A stretch of 41,052 nucleotides of DNA from a virus (Duplodnaviria > Caudoviricetes): the IMG/VR virus record IMGVR_UViG_3300012002_000306, positions 1 to 41,052 of that record; one strand, 5' to 3'. Both the position numbers and the translations under genes were made by a program. Positions 35,345 through 41,052 of the stretch are shown one piece after another. Position 1 is the first letter of the stretch. Every line of letters starts with the position of its first letter. The notes under the pieces were generated by a model, which was not told the origin of the DNA, made no database searches, and saw only the letters and a list, made by a program, of their open reading frames with translations.

Positions 35345-36189
35345 GTGATACAAAAGAACTGGCTCCGATAACCGTAAACGCCGAGGCGCTCATCTCTCAG
35401 GCGATCGAGAAAGAACTGCCGATCGACACGATGGAACGGCTGCTGGCCATGCGCCGGGAACTGAAAGTGGAGGCGGCGAGAGAGGAGTTCTTCTCTGCAC
35501 TATCCGTTTTTCAGTCAGCGTGTCCGGAAATACCGAAGACTAAGACCGTCATGAATAAGGACCGGAAAACGGTCCGGTACAAATACGCGCCGTTAGACAC
35601 GATCCTTGCAACGGCTAAAATGCCGCTGAAAGAAAACGGATTCAGCTACACGGTAAAGACCGAGCAAGACAGTGATAGCGTTACCGCTATCTGTCGGCTG
35701 CATCACATCGCCGGACACACCGAAGAGACGCAGCTGACCGTACCGATAGATAAGGACGCCTACATGAGCGCGCCGCAGCAGATAGCCGCGGCCCTCACGT
35801 ATGCAAAGCGGTATGCTTTCTGTGACGCTACCGGCATCATGACTGCGGACGAGGACAGCGATGCGGTCCCGGAAGAGAAGCCGCAGCAAAAACCCGACAA
35901 CCGTAAAAAGCTCATAGACGAGATAGCCGCCGAGACAAAGAAGCATAACTTTCCGGAAGCCGAACTGGCATACTACCGTGAAGAGATCAAGCACACAAAC
36001 ACGGCGGACCTGCCGCGGCTGCTTGATGAGATAAAAAAGGCGGGCGCATCTCTTACGGAGCTTGAAAAGAAAGGCGTCGGGGACGCATTCGACGGGAAAG
36101 TCGAAGACGCGGAGTTTGTGGAGCAGAAGGAAGAACTTCCGCTCGACAATGGTAAAACACAGGTAGGGATACCACAAGACATATTTTAA
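35341..36189 (+). CDS. ERF-family single-strand annealing protein
   Basis: YKYAPLDTI, HIAGH, QQIAAALTYAKRYA...GI.TADEDSD. Confidence 0.88.
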   Translation: MSDTKELAPITVNAEALISQAIEKELPIDTMERLLAMRRELKVEAAREEFFSALSVFQSACPEIPKTKTVMNKDRKTVRYKYAPLDTILATAKMPLKENGFSYTVKTEQDSDSVTAICRLHHIAGHTEETQLTVPIDKDAYMSAPQQIAAALTYAKRYAFCDATGIMTADEDSDAVPEEKPQQKPDNRKKLIDEIAAETKKHNFPEAELAYYREEIKHTNTADLPRLLDEIKKAGASLTELEKKGVGDAFDGKVEDAEFVEQKEELPLDNGKTQVGIPQDIF

Positions 36190-36199
36190 GGAGCAGATC

Positions 36200-36814
36200 A
36201 TGACAGACACACAAGAGATACAAAAAACAGTAGACGGGATAATCGGCGAAATGGCCACGATCAGGATAGAGGATGATAAGACTGCCGCGCAGGCGGGTGA
36301 ATTCTTAAGAAAAAACAAAGAGACCCAGAAGTTTGTAAAGGACTACTTCGAGGACGCCCGAGCCTCAACATACAAGGCGTACAAGGAAGTCACCGATCAG
36401 ATAAAGTTCTTCGTCAAGAAGCTGGAAAAGGCGGAGACAGCCGTGAAACGGAAAGTCTCCGACTATCAGATGGAGCAGGAGCGCATCCGCAGAGAAGAGG
36501 AGCGACGCCTCGCGGAAGAAGCCAGGAAGAAGGAAGAGGAGCAGCGGCTCTCCCAGGCCATAGAGACTGGAGACGAAGAGGCCCTGGACGCACCGATCGA
36601 GACCCCGACGATAAAAGTAGGGGCTCCCCAGAAAACGGAGGGCATCTCTTATGTCGACAAGTGGACATATGAGATACAGGACGTGTCACAGATACCTCGG
36701 GAATTCCTCATTCCGGACGAGCGCAAAATCCGGTCGTATGTTACCAACTTAAAGGACCGGGCGGAAATCCCTGGGGTCCGCATCTACAAAGACAAAACCG
36801 TGAGGGTATCATAA
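36200..36814 (+). CDS. Conserved phage coiled-coil protein of recombination modules
   Basis: W.YEI.D...IPREFL.PDE.KI...IPGVRIY C-terminus; AAGGAG RBS. Confidence 0.72.
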   Translation: MTDTQEIQKTVDGIIGEMATIRIEDDKTAAQAGEFLRKNKETQKFVKDYFEDARASTYKAYKEVTDQIKFFVKKLEKAETAVKRKVSDYQMEQERIRREEERRLAEEARKKEEEQRLSQAIETGDEEALDAPIETPTIKVGAPQKTEGISYVDKWTYEIQDVSQIPREFLIPDERKIRSYVTNLKDRAEIPGVRIYKDKTVRVS

Positions 36815-37473
36815 TGACAAAAGAAAAGTCTACGAAAAAAGTAAAGCAGCACACCGTCTATAAGACGGCAGATGGGAAGAGGGTTCCCGGAGTTACAACG
36901 TTTCTCGGGATACTTGATAAACCCGGGCTTAAGTCCTGGGCCAACCGGATCGGGCTTGAGGGAATAGAGATGCGAGCATACGTGGACGAGAAGGCAGACA
37001 TCGGGACCTGCGCGCACTACATGATCGAGTGTGAGATCAAGGGCGTGGAGCCAGACCTGTCTATCTACAGCCCGCACGTTGTTGCTGCTGCGGAGAACTC
37101 CTACTTCAAGTGGATGCAGTGGAAAGAGGGGAAGGACATACATTTCATCGCCTCCGAGCTCGTGCTCATCTCCGAGGTCCACCGATACGGCGGGACGGTA
37201 GATATCTACGCGGACATCAACGGAAAACGGACACTGCTCGATATTAAGACGTCCGGGTCCGGCGTTTATCCTGAGATGAAGCATCAAACTGCTGGGGGCT
37301 ATCGTCTCTTACTCGAAGAGAACGGCTACCGGGTTGATGATGTGAAGATACTGCGTATCGGTCGGGACGAGTCGGAAGGGTTTGAAGAGGCGACCGTCTA
37401 TAACTGGGACGCGCACACGAAGGTATTCCTTCTTTGCCGCGATCTCTACGAGGCATTGAAGGGCGCGAAATGA
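36814..37473 (+). CDS. PD-(D/E)XK exonuclease
   Basis: VPGVTTFLGILDKPGL..WA, GTCAH, SE, YGGTVD, LLDIKTS, Q...Y. Confidence 0.88.
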   Translation: MTKEKSTKKVKQHTVYKTADGKRVPGVTTFLGILDKPGLKSWANRIGLEGIEMRAYVDEKADIGTCAHYMIECEIKGVEPDLSIYSPHVVAAAENSYFKWMQWKEGKDIHFIASELVLISEVHRYGGTVDIYADINGKRTLLDIKTSGSGVYPEMKHQTAGGYRLLLEENGYRVDDVKILRIGRDESEGFEEATVYNWDAHTKVFLLCRDLYEALKGAK

Positions 37474-37943
37474 TAACAGTCAAGGCAGTATACGGGCAGC
37501 GGGGTGTGATAACCCCGCTTGAGCCCGGGAAGATAGAGCAGTACAAAAAGACGCTGACCGAGGGGCAGGAGCTTGAGCTGACATTTAAGAACTGGGAGGA
37601 GACCCGGGGCGGACGAGCTTTCAGGTTTTTCCACGTCATCGTCAAGCGGTACTCGGACGCTCTCGGCGTGTCTCAGGTGTGGGCGAAACATGAGCTGTGT
37701 ATCAACTTCGGCATAACCCTGGAATACAGCGAGGGGTTCCAGCCACCGGACTGGGCCGGGCACTTCGTCGACTATCACGGGACCATTTACTTCCGGAAGA
37801 GTACGAACGAGTACACGTCCGGGGAGATGGTGCAGCTCATTAAAGGCAGTATCCAGGCGCTACAGGACAACGGCATAGATACTGAGGACCTTATTATCGA
37901 ACATGGAGACTATTGGTATGACAAGAGAACGCAAGAAGTTTGA
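37470..37943 (+). CDS. NinB/DUF1367-like recombination accessory protein
   Basis: R...FRFFH, KHEL, KST.EY...EM.QLI pattern; ATGA overlap. Confidence 0.55.
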   Translation: MITVKAVYGQRGVITPLEPGKIEQYKKTLTEGQELELTFKNWEETRGGRAFRFFHVIVKRYSDALGVSQVWAKHELCINFGITLEYSEGFQPPDWAGHFVDYHGTIYFRKSTNEYTSGEMVQLIKGSIQALQDNGIDTEDLIIEHGDYWYDKRTQEV

Positions 37944-38214
37944 GATAGACGAGCACAAACGGGAGTTTTTAGCGCGGAACCAGGTGTGTGAGATATGCGG
38001 CAAACCGGCTACACAGCTGGCGCACAGGATCCCGCAGACAAAAATGATGATGCGGCTGTACGGACCGGGAGTGATACATCACGATCTTAACCTGGCGGCG
38101 GTATGTGGTCTTAAATGCAACGCTGCAGTGAACATCCAAAACGGGCCGGTCCGCATCGTCGCGCTGGTGCAGCAGATACAACGGGAGACAGCCCTCGTTG
38201 AGGGTTCTAAATAA
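37918..38214 (+). CDS. Small HNH-like Zn-binding protein
   Basis: CEICG, QLAHRIP, NLAAVCGLKCN. Confidence 0.65.
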   Translation: MTRERKKFEIDEHKREFLARNQVCEICGKPATQLAHRIPQTKMMMRLYGPGVIHHDLNLAAVCGLKCNAAVNIQNGPVRIVALVQQIQRETALVEGSK

Positions 38215-38257
38215 AAGCCCTGCCACGGGTGAGTAAAAAGGTGGTATCTATGTAGTC

Positions 38258-38320
38258 TAAAGGGGCGGGCGGAACCCGTGGGAAAAGAGGTTTTCCGCTC
38301 TCCGCTCGTCCCTGCTTTAA
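38258..38320 (+). ncRNA. Long intergenic stem-loop upstream of the tRNA-like element
   Basis: AGGGGCGGGCGGA (38261-38273) pairs with TCCGCTCGTCCCT (38301-38313); inner GGAAAA-GAGG-TTTTCC. Confidence 0.5.
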
Positions 38321-38340
38321 AGAAGGAATTTACCGCAGAC

Positions 38341-38445
38341 GGGCGGGTGGCGGAACTGGTTAGACGCACTGGGCTATGCGCACATAAAGCCAGGCTGAGG
38401 CAAGTACCCCAGTCAGCCGTGCAGGTTCGAGTCCTGCCCTGCCCC
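38341..38445 (+). tRNA. Atypical tRNA-like RNA (class II-like body, no assignable anticodon)
   Basis: Acceptor GGGCGGG/CCTGCCC, D arm TGGCGGAACTGGTTAGACGC, T arm GCAGG-TTCGAGT-CCTGC; the anticodon arm is 25 nt and the variable arm is oversized. Confidence 0.7.
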
Positions 38446-38474
38446 GATGCGGTTTTATTAAAGGAGGAAACAGA

Positions 38475-38666
38475 ATGAAGGACAGGGTTTACGACAGATA
38501 TATGTTTGATCCGGTTTTCCACACGGTTGTTGATGGCATGATAAAAATGTTAACTGATTATCAGCTAACTCCAAGTGAAATGCGCGAAGCAGCGATGTTA
38601 GCGTGCGTACAGTTTGAACAGAGCAGAACACGATCAACAATGCCTTCACAGGAGGAAACAGAATGA
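38475..38666 (+). CDS. Hypothetical protein
   Basis: AAGGAGG RBS; ATGA-coupled to the next gene. Confidence 0.7.
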   Translation: MKDRVYDRYMFDPVFHTVVDGMIKMLTDYQLTPSEMREAAMLACVQFEQSRTRSTMPSQEETE

Positions 38667-39097
38667 CCAAAGAAGAAAAGATAGAAAAAGTATGCAAAAC
38701 GATGAATAAAATTTATCCAAACATAGAAGTAATGGCAGAAAAGATAATAGATGTCCTCGAAGAACCGGAAGAGCGGTTTCTGGACTATGAGATTGTGGGA
38801 GTTTGGGGAGCCCGTTATTACGCAGAGTATCAAGATGTTGAAGGCCGCGAACCCACTGCCGACATACTAAAGCTGACGCCGGAAGTATTGGCCGCAACAG
38901 TCGGCGCACGAATACCAGGCGCAAAGTGGGCGGCGGTGGATAAGGATAGTACAATGTACTTTTATACAGATGAGCCCGTGAGGTCGTCAACATACAACTG
39001 TTGGTTCGGCCCGGAATGTAAAGATACCATCTCTAACCCGTACTGTATCCCCTGCCCCGTCGATGGTTGGGCAATAGCAAAGTGGAGACTGGAATGA
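38663..39097 (+). CDS. Hypothetical protein
   Basis: AGGAGG RBS; AKWAAVDKD..YFY..EP motif. Confidence 0.68.
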   Translation: MTKEEKIEKVCKTMNKIYPNIEVMAEKIIDVLEEPEERFLDYEIVGVWGARYYAEYQDVEGREPTADILKLTPEVLAATVGARIPGAKWAAVDKDSTMYFYTDEPVRSSTYNCWFGPECKDTISNPYCIPCPVDGWAIAKWRLE

Positions 39098-39639
39098 CTT
39101 TTAAAGAGTTTATGGACGATTATTTTGATAATGCATGGAACGACGAGAGAACTCCATACGGGGATTACAGAGATCAGCAAGCTCATGACATGCACCACGC
39201 ATACGAGGCAGGAGCTCATGATGAGGCGGGATTTTTGGAAGGCTGGTTATGCCCTATATGTCATGTCGCGTACCCACCGTGGGTGACCGAGTGTAAATGC
39301 TCAAAGGACATCGGCTACTACACAACAACACAAAATGTCCTTACCAGGTTTGCTAACAAGGGCCCCCTGCCGCCGCCAGTAGTCGACTTCTCGACTGACC
39401 AGTGTCCCGCATGTGGTGAAGTCTTAAACCAATGCACATGCCCGCAAGTCCTTCAGCGAGTCGACTTTAATGAAGAACTTGCGGCCGAGAACAAACGATT
39501 AAAAGAACTGCTCCGTGATGTAGCATTAAGCGGTGTGGAGTTTGATGATGAACGTATTGGCTACGTCACCGTTCAGATTGATCGGACAACATGGAATGAG
39601 TTGGTGGAAATGCGTGACAAAGGGGAGGAGCGGAAATAA
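39094..39639 (+). CDS. Hypothetical Cys-rich mosaic protein
   Basis: GWLCPICH..PWVTEC and CPACGE..CTC; ATGA overlap. Confidence 0.65.
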   Translation: MTFKEFMDDYFDNAWNDERTPYGDYRDQQAHDMHHAYEAGAHDEAGFLEGWLCPICHVAYPPWVTECKCSKDIGYYTTTQNVLTRFANKGPLPPPVVDFSTDQCPACGEVLNQCTCPQVLQRVDFNEELAAENKRLKELLRDVALSGVEFDDERIGYVTVQIDRTTWNELVEMRDKGEERK

Positions 39640-39959
39640 TGGACGATGGAACAATAAAAGATTACAAGGTGGCAATGAGGGATTACCTATTTGGTAAAAA
39701 GATGCCAAAAATCGATAGGAATATGCCAAAAGAAGAGAAATTGTTTTTGTTTTTTGAAAAGATGTGGAAGGTGGCCGAGGAAGAAAATGAACAGCTAAAA
39801 GCACAGCTTGAAAAGACGAAGTGTTGCGGGAGCTGTAAATGGTGGAGATGGTGGGATTGGTACGATCAGATGCAATGTTGTGACTGTAAAGACTCAGAGT
39901 GGTATCAAAAGTCTGTGTGTCCTGATAATAAATGCAAAAAATGGGAGGTACAGAAATGA
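39639..39959 (+). CDS. Hypothetical Cys-rich protein
   Basis: KCCGSCKW...CKKWE; GGAGG RBS; TAATG overlap. Confidence 0.65.
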   Translation: MDDGTIKDYKVAMRDYLFGKKMPKIDRNMPKEEKLFLFFEKMWKVAEEENEQLKAQLEKTKCCGSCKWWRWWDWYDQMQCCDCKDSEWYQKSVCPDNKCKKWEVQK

Positions 39960-40201
39960 CGCTTTTGAGAGACGGGAACGTTGTAGCTCGCAAGATGCAT
40001 AAATGCGACTGGTGCGGAGAATGGATAAAAACGGGAGAGGAATATCACTATTATGTCGGTGTACATGATGGATATTTCCAGGCCACACATATGCACAAGG
40101 ATTGTTATGACCGATGCCAAGACGAGGCTGAAGAGTATGGCTGTGATTATGAGTTTGAGCAATACGCACACGACAGGCCAACACAGGAGGTGCGGGAATG
40201 A
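39956..40201 (+). CDS. Small Zn-finger protein
   Basis: ARKMHKCDWCGEWIKTGEEY...HMHKDC; GGAGG RBS. Confidence 0.72.
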   Translation: MTLLRDGNVVARKMHKCDWCGEWIKTGEEYHYYVGVHDGYFQATHMHKDCYDRCQDEAEEYGCDYEFEQYAHDRPTQEVRE

Positions 40202-40410
40202 GCGTTGGTATTTTCAGAATAGACGAGCTTGTCGAAAAGAATAAACTAGACGAGCTTGTCGAAAAAGATAAACAGCTAGCAAGACGGCTCGTAGAAGAAA
40301 ATAGGCAGCTGAAAGAGTTCTTAAAACTCATTCATGAAAACAGATTTGAAATCGATAAACTGTATCTTTTCGCTGAAAGGGCAAAGGGGTACTTTGCTGA
40401 GGAGCAATAA
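40198..40410 (+). CDS. Hypothetical coiled-coil protein with a 27-nt tandem duplication
   Basis: AGGAGG RBS; 40220-40246 and 40247-40273 are near-identical (DELVEK twice). Confidence 0.62.
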   Translation: MSVGIFRIDELVEKNKLDELVEKDKQLARRLVEENRQLKEFLKLIHENRFEIDKLYLFAERAKGYFAEEQ

Positions 40411-40411
40411 C

Positions 40412-40645
40412 ATGAACTATAAAGAATTACATATTTTACAACATTCTCTTGGATTGAGACCCAGACAAAATGGAAATCGAAACTATTTTGTTACCGGCGA
40501 AGGAACAGAAGATTACCCCATATGTGAGGAGTTAGTATGTAAAGGATACATGACCAAAGCTATCGATCCATTGAATGAGATGGAAAGAGATTATGTTTAC
40601 AGAGTTACTGAAAAAGGTAAAGAAGTAGCCACTAAGGAGAAATAA
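40412..40645 (+). CDS. Diverged second copy of the gene at 4..237
   Basis: Same 77-aa frame; nucleotide-identical up to 40462, then many substitutions. Confidence 0.75.
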   Translation: MNYKELHILQHSLGLRPRQNGNRNYFVTGEGTEDYPICEELVCKGYMTKAIDPLNEMERDYVYRVTEKGKEVATKEK

Positions 40646-40647
40646 AA

Positions 40648-40881
40648 ATGGGATTCGGTAATGAAGAATATATTGGAAGGTTAGAACAAGAAAATAAAAT
40701 GTTAAAAGAAAAACTAAATAATCAAACATATAATCAATATATACAGAAATGCCCTGTTTGTAATGGAACTGGACTAGTATCAAGACCACCAGGAGTAGCA
40801 GGAGATGTAGAAACTTTCCCCACAACTTCTGCCGGTCCATGGCCTTGCAGAGCATGTAATGGAACCGGAATTATAGGATAA
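40648..40881 (+). CDS. DnaJ-type Zn-finger small protein
   Basis: CPVCNGTG and CRACNGTG; AAGGAG RBS. Confidence 0.7.
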   Translation: MGFGNEEYIGRLEQENKMLKEKLNNQTYNQYIQKCPVCNGTGLVSRPPGVAGDVETFPTTSAGPWPCRACNGTGIIG

Positions 40882-40902
40882 TTAATAAGAAGGAGGAGTT
40901 TA

Positions 40903-41052
40903 ATGAAAGAAATACATGTAGAAGGGATTAAATGTCCGAAGTGTAGTAACTCTAAGATAGATTTTAAATATGAATCTTACGGTAACATCAGATATTATGT
41001 TTGTAAAAGATGTGGGCATAAATGGAACGAGAAAAAAGAAAAAAGTGAATAA
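40903..41052 (+). CDS. Zn-ribbon small protein (49 aa, not in ORF track)
   Basis: AGGAGG RBS; CPKC...CKRCGHKW; the stop codon is at the last base of the window. Confidence 0.65.
   Translation: MKEIHVEGIKCPKCSNSKIDFKYESYGNIRYYVCKRCGHKWNEKKEKSE

Larger units (their letters stand above)
1..40462 (+). mobile_element. Podovirus-like tailed phage genome, probably a complete circular unit of 40,408 bp
   Basis: Terminase, portal, capsid, tail tubes, ejection proteins, fibres, lysis and recombination genes are present, with no host housekeeping genes. Positions 1-54 are identical to 40409-40462. Confidence 0.92.

Noticed and set aside
38278-38478. 66-aa ORF across the tRNA-like element
   Set aside because: No convincing RBS or motif; the region is better explained by RNA structure.
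40220-40273. 27-nt tandem duplication as a second array
   Set aside because: Only two copies, in frame, with no spacers; an ordinary slippage duplication.
1-41052. Alternative genetic code
   Set aside because: Genes are full length under the standard code, and TAA, TAG and TGA all act as stops at tight gene junctions.

Overview
The window is an apparently near-complete ~40.4 kb tailed dsDNA phage genome of podovirus type (BPP-1/T7-like portal, capsid, tail tubes A/B, ejection proteins, two tail fibres). Nearly all genes lie on the + strand. Order: small accessory genes, replication initiator with an HNH insert, small terminase, large terminase split into two genes, sulfotransferase/methyltransferase/glycosyltransferase cluster, structural operon including a 2,294-aa polyvalent protein, lysis cassette, a divergent ribbon-helix-helix switch, antirepressor, and recombination genes (VRR-NUC, ERF, PD-(D/E)XK). 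I recognise no integrase, DNA or RNA polymerase, or reverse transcriptase. The strongest unexplained signal is a non-coding array of nine exact 36-nt units at 34118-34441, built from two alternating short repeats and two unique 9-nt spacers per unit. This matches the TIGR (tandem interspaced guide RNA) architecture, but I see no Nop-domain Tas gene; the array instead starts at the stop codon of a DUF3102-like gene. Other oddities are a 105-nt tRNA-like RNA with an expanded anticodon arm, a possible small-protein/RNA-leader antitermination switch, an overprinted spanin-like gene pair, and a 54-nt exact terminal overlap followed by a diverged copy. All family assignments come from motif recognition by eye; no searches were run.
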